From Octopus sinensis (Eukaryota), in the NCBI RefSeq assembly GCF_006345805.1, contig NW_021825558.1, forward strand, positions 1 to 15,128: a stretch of DNA of 15,128 nt, written 5' to 3'. How positions within the stretch are numbered: position 1 is the stretch's first letter; every line of letters begins with the position of its first letter. A program made the position numbers and the translations under genes. Below, piece by piece: positions 1 to 8,957 of the stretch. Below the pieces are notes generated by a model. It saw nothing but the letters and a program-made list of their open reading frames with translations. It had not been told where the DNA came from and did no database searches.

Positions 1-132
1 AAACAAGCAAAAAGCAAAGATGGACAACAAAGACTTCAATAAATGTTCTGGTTGTAGGGTAGAGTACGTTACGAATAGATGGTAGATCAATGGCAGGTGG
101 GAGCGTTAAAGAGAAATGGAGACAAAGCAGGT

Positions 133-176
133 TTGAGCGATCAGTTGAGCGATCAGTTGAGCGATCAGTTGAGCAG
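133..176 (+). repeat. 12-bp tandem repeat (TTGAGCGATCAG x3 plus partial TTGAGCAG)
   Basis: Three exact copies at 133-144, 145-156 and 157-168, then a truncated copy. Explains the SVER repeats in ORF 90..362. Confidence 0.95.
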
Positions 177-521
177 ATGATATCAGGGGAAGTTCGGTTC
201 AGCTGCACTGAAGATATGGTTCGCATCTGGAAACAACAGAGACACCAGCTTTCAGTGCATTTACCAAAGGCGTGCGCATGCACGTACTCACTCGCTCAGT
301 CGCTCTTTCCTCTCTCTCTCTCTCTCTCTCTCTGTTTTCCTGTCTCTCACACATGCACATAAATACGTACATATGCGCACCAGCTCAAGTAAATGTGTGA
401 ATGTGTGTGTGTGTGGTGTGTGTGTGGGTGGTGCATGTATCATCTTTGGTTAATGCGGCTAAAGCCATGTCACCATGCGTAAGATCTTTCCCTTCTCTGT
501 CGCCGGCACACACACGCACCA

Positions 522-523
<2 letters not shown>

Positions 524-595
<72 letters not shown>

Positions 596-660
596 TATAT
601 ATATATGTGTGTGTGTATATGTATATATATACGTATATGTATAATATATATATTATATAT

Positions 661-699
<39 letters not shown>

Positions 700-860
700 T
701 ATATATGTAAATATATATATATACATGTATGTATATAATATATATGATATATTTGTATAAATATTTATGTATACATGTATATATGTGCTTATATATATAT
801 ATGTATGTATAAATTTATATATATATATATACACAGCCATACACACACACACACACACGC
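524..860. repeat. Compound (TA)n/(TG)n/(CA)n microsatellite
   Basis: Long pure (AT)n run from 524, followed by interrupted TA/TG runs and a CA run. Confidence 0.95.
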
Positions 861-936
861 TTACATATACCCGCGCACGCATTTATATCATGTGCACATA
901 CACACGTTGTGTGCATATGTGTGGCATATTTGTGCA

Positions 937-1053
937 AGAGAGAGAGAGAGAGAAACAGAGATAGAGAGAGAGATAGATTAGAGAGAGAAGAAGAATAAAA
1001 AAAAGGAAGAGCATGAGAGAGAGAGTTAGAGAGAGAGAGTGAGAGCGAGAGTT

Positions 1054-1079
<26 letters not shown>
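937..1079. repeat. (GA)n-rich simple repeat
   Basis: Interrupted GAGA runs. Confidence 0.9.
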
Positions 1080-1084
<5 letters not shown>

Positions 1085-1301
1085 AGAGAGTTAAAAATAA
1101 AAGAAGCAAAACAAAACATTTTTTCCAATATGAAATCCGATCTAAAATCTATACCTCAGTCAGTTCTTACGAGTAGTTTTGATATCGATATGGACTTTTG
1201 CAAGATTTTTCATATAATGTCTAACAGTTTAACTGTCTAAGATTACATATAACGGATCACATGGTCTAATTCTTAGTCTTTCAGCCTCCTTCCCCGCCTC
1301 A

Positions 1302-1537
1302 CTCTGTCTCTCAATTTGTCTCTGTCTGTCTCTCTGTCTATCTCACTGCTTCTCTCTAATCTCTTTCTCTCTCTCTCTCTCAACGTTCTTCTACACATTC
1401 AAACATGTTTCCACTGAAACTTATTCTTCAGTAGATTTACCTGTCAGTCAATGAGTGTCTGTCTGAATCTTTGTCTTCTTTTTACTGAATTTGTCTGTCT
1501 GTCTGCCTGTCTGTTTGTCTGCTTCTGTCTGTCTGTC
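1302..1537. repeat. (CT)n and (CTGT)n simple repeats
   Basis: Interrupted CTCT and CTGT/GTCT runs. Confidence 0.8.
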
Positions 1538-1729
1538 CGTTTATGTCTTCTCCTCTATTCTCACGATATCTTTTGTCTGCAACGAAATGGGACTTATCTA
1601 ATCTATATATATATATATATGTATATATGATATATTTACTATGAAGAGATGGAGTTGTGGATTTCCACTTCGGCATCCGAAACTCAGAGTTTTATCTTGG
1701 CTATTGAATAATGGTAGAATATTAATTTA

Positions 1730-1910
1730 CACATATATATATATATATATAAATTCTCTCTCTCTTCTCTCTCTCTCTCTCTGCCGAAATTTGCCATGAT
1801 GAATCGGTTTCTGACTGAAGAATGAAGGCTCTAATTACTGTCCGTTTTTCCGTGTTTGTCAATTCGTGAATTTCACGTTCTTTATATATAAGTTTTATTA
1901 TATATATATA

Positions 1911-1948
<38 letters not shown>

Positions 1949-2099
1949 TGAGTAACATTTGAAATGGTGGTGTAGCCAAATGCTTAATAGTCAATTACCT
2001 GCAAAAGACTCATTCATACAGAAAAATATTCAACTACGAACGTTACGTTTATATAAACGTATGTAAAGGGATACATATCGCACACACACAACACACACA

Positions 2100-2187
<88 letters not shown>

Positions 2188-2210
2188 GCATGCATACACA
2201 CACACACACA
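1730..2210. repeat. Cluster of (TA)n, (CT)n and (CA)n microsatellites separated by short unique spacers
   Basis: Runs visible at about 1730-1782, 1899-1946 and 2081-2210. Confidence 0.85.
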
Positions 2211-2311
2211 CCTATTACATATATATATCAGCACATAAAATAAGTAATTGAACCACTGTAAAGTAAGAGAGAAAGAGGTAGGAGAGAGGAAATTTAGATC
2301 AATTTAGTGTT

Positions 2312-2381
2312 TAGTAGCAGCAGCAGCAGCAGCAGCAGTAGTAGTGGTAGTAGTAGTAACAACAACAATAATGATCATAAT
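2312..2381 (+). repeat. Compound trinucleotide repeat (TAG/CAG/TAG/AAC/AAT)
   Basis: tagtag(cag)7 tagtagtggtagtagtag taacaacaacaataat: adjacent blocks of related trinucleotide units. Confidence 0.9.
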
Positions 2382-2810
2382 AAGTCAACTAATATCGGAA
2401 TTTCTTTAGCCATCATTTATGGTGGCCATTCATGGAAGTTAGTTTAGAAGTGATGTAAGAAATTAGCCTGTAAACGAGAGGGCAAATGTATTTTGTTGTA
2501 CAGTAGCTAGACTAAAGTAGACTTAATTATGAATAGATGTTCGACTGCTCGAGTGAAAGGCAAATAATAACCTTAGAGTAGTCTTCGTTATTATTAGACA
2601 AATATTGAATGTGATGCACTGCAGGCTAAGTATAAATGGTACCATTTATATAGTGGTCAGTCGGCTGTCATTGCAAACTGGGAAACAGTAGCTAAAATTT
2701 GGAATTCATTCTTATTTAATTTGTCTGCGAAATTTACTGTTTCATTTGCCTGAGGAGATACAAAGGATTCGCGTGTGTATATGTATGTATATATATATTA
2801 TATATTATAT

Positions 2811-2845
<35 letters not shown>

Positions 2846-2853
<8 letters not shown>

Positions 2854-3036
2854 TGCTGAAAAGTTCCTTGTCGCGAAAGGCCTGGTTGGAGCCCAACTTT
2901 CCGACTTCTTTTACAGGGCTTAGAGTGAAGGCCACTACAATACGTGTGTGAATATGAAAGTTGGATAAAATCATAATTAACCAGTCCTCCTGCATTTTGT
3001 TTTACATAAAGCCAAGAACTTTTCATAACTCCCTCG
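2846..3036. mobile_element. Tc1/mariner-type MITE (internally deleted, 191 bp)
   Basis: Imperfect ~25-bp TIRs: left TGAGAGAGTGCTGAAAAGTTCCTTG versus reverse complement of right end CGAGGGAGTTATGAAAAGTTCTTGG. TA on both sides (2844-2845, 3037-3038). TA|CGAGGG...GAAAAGTT termini are typical of mariner elements. Confidence 0.8.
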
Positions 3037-3430
3037 TATATGTGTGTGTGTGTGTGTGTGTCTGCGTGTGTGCGTGCGTGTTTGTATTTGTGTGTGTGTG
3101 TGTGTGTGTTAAGAACAGTGTACAGCAGCAAGCATTATCTATACTACAAGTAATCAGTAACAAGAATAAAAATTTTCTCAACTCTTGAAGGCAATAAACA
3201 GAGATTCTGAACCTGGATGCTACGGTTAGGTTAGGATCTCAGGGGCATTGTGAGCCAAATAGGGGAAACAAAATGTCATGGAGACACTATGGTGAAGCCT
3301 TGGTTGTTTAAGTGTATCGTGGTTTTTCAAAAAAATAATATATCTTAACCAAGTACAAATATATTCGAAACACATTCGAAACACTAAATTTTCATAGAAA
3401 TAAAACATTTAAACTAAGTACGATATATAG

Positions 3431-3772
3431 CTTTTACTTGTTTCAGTAATTTTATTGCAGCTATGCTGGTAGCACCTCCTGAAGGGCTATAGCCGAACAA
3501 ATCGATCCTAGGACTTGATTTTTAAGGCCTAGTACACTGGTTGTCAATCGGTGGTGGGGGACAAACGCAAACAAAAAGACACACACATACATATATATAT
3601 ACACATAAGACGGGTTTCTTTCAGTTTCTGTCTACCAAATCTACACACAGGGGTTGGTCCGCCCGAGAACACAGTAGAAGATACTTGTCCAATGTGCCAC
3701 ACAGTGTGACTGAAACCAGAACCATGTGGTTGGTAAGCAAACTTCTTACCACGCAGTCACGTCTACGCCTAT
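3431..3772 (-). mobile_element. tRNA-derived SINE (octopus-type family), probably internally deleted
   Basis: Minus strand reads ATAGGCGTAGACGTGACTGCGTGGTAAG (degenerate A box)...TGGTTTCAGTCAC (degenerate B box)...GATTTGGTAGACAGAAACTGAAAGAAACCCGTC, an internal TA/TG microsatellite, and tail ...ACTGAAACAAGTAAAAG. Family match is recalled, not searched. Confidence 0.85.
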
Positions 3773-4818
3773 GTTAAGTATATTTTAATAGACGAGGTAT
3801 TTTAAACAGTTACAGTATTTATATTTTAAAAAATACATTTTCAAAAAGCTTTTGTCGATTTGAGAATATGACTCGGACATAATTCTGTCGGTGAGCAGAA
3901 ACATAGCTAAATTGCAAAGGTCTGATACGATTTTATAATACAAGCCCTCACGTTTGAGAAGTAAATTCCATTAAAAAAATAATAAAAAATTAACGCAAAA
4001 ATCTCAAAAATTACCCATATTGGATAGATTATTATAAAATACGTATAATAGGCGGTGGATTGTCAGTATTTATTTTGTCTCTTTAAATTCCGGGGTCAAC
4101 GGTATCGATTAAAGTTCCCGGGTCTATGAATGTTTCTACACCTTCACGCTAATATTTCTTGGATGAATGTTTCTAAGCCTAGATGATAATTGTCCTCTTA
4201 GAGCCTTGGAAAACCTTGTGATTTAACAAAGAGTGGGATATGTGAAGGGCACTGGGTAGTGATGGTCCTGATATCATAAATGAACTTCTCGTCGGATCAC
4301 CATGCATTGAAAACGAGAGGCAATCGTAATGTACTATGTAACACTAACACGAAACAAAACCCTGATTGGAAACCGTTTGTAAACAGCATATCTATTTTAT
4401 ATGGGATTCCGTACAAAAACTAGACGATTAAAGATGGAAGACATAATGACAACGGATCGAATAATGATTAACGTAGGATTATCTCAAACAACAAATGCGC
4501 TTTAACTGTTGAACAAAAACAATGAACAGCCAATAAAAGCTCAAACCGACAATAATGACATTTAGTGTGAAAAGGAAAAATGAAATGCACGAGGGAAAGC
4601 CAATTGCTTCTGCCTAGGCAACAACGCGTAGCAACATGAATTACGTAATCAAGAAGATGAGAGCGTGCGAGTCTCGAAGCCTTGATGGAATTGGGGATTC
4701 GACTGTTGAAAAAGAGAAAAAAATTGTAAAGATCTCATAAGGACATATGAAAGAAAAAAGATATAACATAAACATAGTCGTGCTTTAACTATACATTTAA
4801 GAGAAAATGTTTCCCGTC

Positions 4819-4831
4819 ATATATATATATG

Positions 4832-4922
<91 letters not shown>
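4819..4922. repeat. (TA)n tract, left flank of the 4923-5738 element
   Basis: Near-pure TA run. Confidence 0.95.
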
Positions 4923-4925
<3 letters not shown>

Positions 4926-5734
4926 TGTCCATGTTGTATTTTTCTACATACCTTAACATATATTCTAGGCTAGGCGCCCCGTACCCACCTTATCATTAAT
5001 GTGAGCACATATTCTTAATAATTGGTACGACTCTCTTTTTGTCTCCCTCTCTCTCTCATTTTTACTTGATCTGTCCCCCTCTCTCTCTCTTGTCTCGCTC
5101 TGCACTCACAGGTCATTCTTCGACGACACCCATCCCTTCTCCTCTCTGATCCCTTCTTTCTCTCTCTTCTCTCTTCTCTCTCTTTGTTGCGTTTTGTCCC
5201 TCGTCTCTCTCTCTCTTCCTTTACCTCTCTTTCTCTTTTTCCCTCTCTGTCACGTGACTGTTGGCCGAAATCTGCCTTTCAGCTCCTGACCCTCGTCGTG
5301 TTAACATCGTTGTTTTTCGTCCGCCGCTATAAAGGCTTCTTCCATGCGCCAGAGAAAAAATTTGTTTGCTTGTTATCAGTCGTAAGACACTTGTTGTTTT
5401 CACCGTTAATGCTTCTGTATTTCATGTTTCTTTATGTATCCATATTGTTTTTTGTTTTTTTTATATCTGTCCCTTTTGCTGTCCTGGTGTTCGTATGCAT
5501 TCGATCCTTCTTCCAGGAAATCTACGCTTCCAGCTTAGTTTTTCTAATGCTCGTTGCTTAGTTTTTCTTGGAGGGCTGGCCGTGATCTGGTAGTCTCAAG
5601 ATTGATCGGCCGAGGTTGCTACGATGATCCGGTTCTTGACTGGGGACTGGGGGGTTCGAATGTCCTGTCCATGTTTGTTGTGTCGTCTTCTAAGAGTTAT
5701 ACTTTCTTGTCCATGTTGTATTTTTCTACATACC

Positions 5735-5738
<4 letters not shown>
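4923..5738. mobile_element. Unclassified 816-bp interspersed element with exact 34-bp terminal direct repeats, inserted in (TA)n
   Basis: TCTTGTCCATGTTGTATTTTTCTACATACCTTAA occurs at 4923-4956 and 5705-5738. (TA)n abuts both ends. The interior has a CT-rich block and no recognisable protein domain. Confidence 0.75.

Positions 5739-5777
<39 letters not shown>
5739..5777. repeat. (TA)n tract, right flank of the 4923-5738 element
   Basis: Pure TA run. Confidence 0.95.
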
Positions 5778-5780
<3 letters not shown>

Positions 5781-6095
5781 TATTTGTGTATGCATACGCA
5801 CACATACAAACATAAACACAAACTGCATTTATAATTACATGTATAGGTATGCACACACACACATAAGCATGTATGTGAATGTGTAATATTTTGTTGACAC
5901 TTTCCATGTTAATGAATGGTTGTTGGAAGTTAGGTGATCTCGGTATGTGTTTGTTTGTAATTACCGTGGTCGTTAATGCTGTTAATAGCCTAGTTGCTCT
6001 TTTATTGTTGTTGCTGTTGCTGTTGCTGTCGTTGCTCAATTATTATGAAGATGATGGATAATGATGAAGACGAATGACGAATACGAACTACTTAC

Positions 6096-6099
6096 ACAC

Positions 6100-6130
<31 letters not shown>

Positions 6131-6138
6131 TATATATA

Positions 6139-6187
<49 letters not shown>

Positions 6188-6226
6188 CACACACATACAA
6201 ATACATACACACGCACGCACGCACAC

Positions 6227-6273
<47 letters not shown>
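6096..6273. repeat. Compound (TA)n/(CA)n microsatellite
   Basis: Directly visible. Confidence 0.95.
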
Positions 6274-6276
<3 letters not shown>

Positions 6277-6704
6277 AATCATCAAATGAAAATTTAGCAG
6301 CAACATCAGACCTCTTACATTATGTTCTCTCACATCCCAGGTCCCAGCATCCTCTACCTCATTCTCATACTCTCTTTCTTAGCCCCCCACCGCTGCCGCC
6401 TCCTACTCCACATCTTCCACTCTTCTCGATATATAAGTGTCGTCTACCCCCTTCAACACCCCCCTCCAAACGCACCCTGCCACTCGATGTTATGCTGTAT
6501 ATACAAGTTCTTCTCATTAGCAAAACATCACTCCTGCTTTCTTCTAATTCCATCCCCACCTCCACTCACAGCTTCATCAAAGTCACAACCACTCCCATCG
6601 TCCCCATCGCCATAACAATCATATAATTTTTTTTTTGTTCAATCATATTGCAATTATAGACATATATTTTACATACAATGATATTTCAGTATATTTGTAT
6701 ATGC

Positions 6705-6984
<280 letters not shown>

Positions 6985-7054
6985 CTGATATTTTTATTTC
7001 TCTGTGAAATCCTAGTGAGCATAACGTATATTATTTTATTTTTTGTCCTGTTAT

Positions 7055-7167
7055 CTTAGGGTTGTTATGTCCATGTATACACAAACATACATACATACAT
7101 ATGCATATATATTTGTAACAAACATGCACACAAATACACGCACATACACAAAAGGATACACATACAC
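7055..7167 (+). repeat. 113-bp direct repeat, copy 1 (putative donor)
   Basis: Matches 7687-7799 with 3 substitutions and no indels. Confidence 0.95.
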
Positions 7168-7523
7168 ACACGCGCACACGCGGGCCCGCACACGCACGCG
7201 AACTCACACATTTTTCCATGAAAATAGTATGCACTCCACTACAATCTATATATTCGTCCATTCGCCAGTCCTCACTACTTATTCTCATCATCCTCATCCT
7301 CTGTATACACACATGCATATGCATATGCGTGTATATGCATATACTTACATATATATACACATAAACATACTCACGCGCGCACATACAGACATACACACAT
7401 GCGAGCATATATGTGTATATACCTAACTGCCACCTTCACTAATTACATCCTAAGATTGGGTTTTGTCACTTCAATTAGGAAAAAACATAAAAGCCATCAA
7501 CAGCTGATTGTTGGTGTTCCGAA

Positions 7524-7690
7524 GGCGACGAGCTGGCAGAATGGTTAGCGCGCCGGACAAAATGCTTAGCGGAATTTAGTTCATCCTAATGTTCTGAGGT
7601 CAAATTCCGCTGAGATCGATTTTGCCTTTCATCCATTCGGGGTCGATAAATATAGGTACCAGTTTAGCACGGTGCGATGTAATAGACTTA
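7524..7690 (+). mobile_element. tRNA-derived SINE, 5' part (interrupted at 7690)
   Basis: A box TGGCAGAATGG at 7534-7544 and B-box-like GGTCAAATTCC at 7598-7608. Body TTTGCCTTTCATCCATTCGGGGTCGATAAA...GGTACCAGT resembles a central domain shared by many animal SINEs. Confidence 0.88.
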
Positions 7691-7799
7691 GGGTTGTTAT
7701 GTCCATGTATACACAAACATACATACATACATATGCATATATATTTGTAGCAAACATGCACACAAATACACGCACATACACAAATGCATACACATACAC
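7687..7799 (+). repeat. 113-bp direct repeat, copy 2 (at the 5' junction of the RTE fragment)
   Basis: Matches 7055-7167. Begins on CTTA shared with the SINE breakpoint and ends where RTE homology begins. Confidence 0.95.
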
Positions 7800-8047
7800 T
7801 CTAGAAAAGCACCATCCATGAGGGAACGGCGACTTTCGAGTCGAAAAGGTCTGCAGAGCTGGAGGAGAAAAGACGACGACGGAAGGAGCGCCAACAACAA
7901 CCACGTGCGACTCTCCCTTCCGGCACTAGATGTCCGCACTGCGACCGATCTTTTCAAGCAAGAATTGGTCTTATCGGTCACCTACGGACTCACCAGTAAA
8001 TTTGCGCGAAGACCATCATCCTCGACCTTGAGGGATTGCCATCATCA
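7800..8047 (+). mobile_element. 5'-truncated RTE-clade LINE 3' end (ORF C-terminus, short 3' UTR, CAT-repeat tail)
   Basis: The frame ending at TAA 7997-7999 reads KSTIHEGTATFESKRSAELEEKRRRRKERQQQPRATLPSGTRCPHCDRSFQARIGLIGHLRTHQ*, the basic stretch plus C2H2 finger typical of RTE-type ORF ends. It is followed by GAAGACCATCATCCTCGACCTTGAGGGATTGCCATCATCA. Confidence 0.88.
7805..7999 (+). pseudogene. C-terminal remnant of an RTE reverse transcriptase ORF with CxxC...HxxxH zinc finger
   Basis: CPHC...HLRTH motif. The frame is closed upstream by TAG at 7802-7804 and has no initiator Met of its own. Confidence 0.85.
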
Positions 8048-8090
8048 ACCTCTCCCACAAAATTTCAGGCTTATTGCTGCTGTTCCTATA
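8048..8090 (+). mobile_element. Probable 3' remainder of the SINE interrupted at 7690
   Basis: ACCTCTCCCACAAAATTTCAGGC...CCTATAG resembles the recalled continuation of this SINE family after GACTTA. Based on recalled consensus only. Confidence 0.6.
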
Positions 8091-8186
8091 GTTGTCTTGT
8101 TTTTACTTGCCTTGACTGTTGTTATTCTTGTTGTCGTTGTTGTTTTTTCTATAATGATATTGTCATAACCTGTAGCGATCTTCTTC

Positions 8187-8481
8187 ACTACTTCAGGGAG
8201 TGACGACCCTGCCTGACCCGAGTCCCGGGCTCAGCTGGCTCCGGCTGACAGTACCCGGTATGGGCCCCTATCCAGGATTACGGAAAGAAGACAACCTTCA
8301 AAGAAATCCGGAGTGGAGCCCCGTAGGCGGTTTAGTGTTCGACTCGACATTCTTCCGGCAGTCCCTGCAACCAAGCTGGTGCCAAACGTAATGCTCTGCA
8401 CTCCTTTGGACTACGTTAGCAAGGTCGAGAGAGGAATCCTGACGATTGGGCTAACCAGGATTTTCTTACATCTAGCCCAGG
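8187..8481 (+). mobile_element. Probable RTE-clade LINE 5' UTR fragment (GC-rich, structured)
   Basis: Motifs AAATCCGGAGTGGAG, CCAAGCTGGTGCCAAACGTA and TGGGCTAACCAGGAT...GCCCAGG resemble 5' UTRs of invertebrate RTE elements as I recall them. No ORF follows. Boundaries are approximate. Confidence 0.55.
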
Positions 8482-8850
8482 ACTGAGCAAAACTGGAGAG
8501 GAAACTGGAGAGGACATGAAATGTAAAAACCAGACTGAATTAGTTTACGCGCAACTCCATTGTCTCTCGAGACAAAAGGATGCCAAAAATTATCATAACC
8601 TAATGAATTATAGGTACTAAATAGACGAAGAACGCCAATTAATGTAGTCACTCAGATGTGATAGGAATAGCGAGTAAATTTCTTCAAATCGTTCCCTGGC
8701 CGTTTAAAAAAAAATCATAGAGAAGAACATTTTGGATAATGTAGTTTTAGATATGTCTCAGAAAATGGGACAGTCACGACTGGAATTCCATTTGATCAAA
8801 GGTTTGCTCAGTCACGGGTTAAACAGTTACAAGAACAGATAAGTCAAAGA

Positions 8851-8852
<2 letters not shown>

Positions 8853-8894
<42 letters not shown>

Positions 8895-8950
8895 CCACAC
8901 ACACACTCACACACACACTCACACACACACACATACACACACACACACAC
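8853..8950. repeat. (CA)n microsatellite
   Basis: Directly visible. Confidence 0.95.
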
Positions 8951-8957
8951 AGAGGCA

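Noticed and set aside
133-176. Tandem repeat as a CRISPR-like array
   Set aside because: Units are 12 bp and contiguous, with no spacers, and the context is eukaryotic.
376-522. 8-bp direct repeat CGCACCAG (376-383, 515-522) as a hAT target-site duplication
   Set aside because: The enclosed 131 bp has no terminal inverted repeats.
1781-1880. Possible Penelope-type end with hammerhead core (CTGAAGA at 1815-1821)
   Set aside because: The required downstream GAAA is absent and no stem I or III pairing is evident. At most a dead remnant.
3199-3216. CAGAGATTCTGAACCTGG resembling a hAT-Charlie TIR
   Set aside because: Several mismatches and no partner TIR or 8-bp duplication found.
3363-3384. 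11-bp tandem duplication ATTCGAAACAC x2 (and a similar 12-bp duplication at 8490-8513)
   Set aside because: Real but ordinary micro-duplications with no further structure.
5184-5561. 125-aa hydrophobic ORF resembling a membrane protein
   Set aside because: It starts at TTG, lies inside the interspersed element, and its hydrophobicity follows from the T-rich strand.
5596-6039. 147-aa minus-strand ORF with an Asn/Ser-rich start
   Set aside because: TTG start directly after in-frame stops. It crosses (CAA)n, (TA)n and the element boundary.
6322-6615. 97-aa ORF with a signal-peptide-like N-terminus
   Set aside because: C/T-rich low-complexity strand, no recognisable domain, and no supporting splice structure.
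7524-7610. SINE heads (also 12244-12305 and 3700-3772) as tRNA genes
   Set aside because: They have A/B boxes but no complete cloverleaf, and they continue into SINE bodies.
8187-8300. HDV-like ribozyme at the RTE-like 5' end
   Set aside because: I could not build the P1-P2-P3-P1.1-P4 topology by eye. An Infernal or RNArobo search would be decisive.
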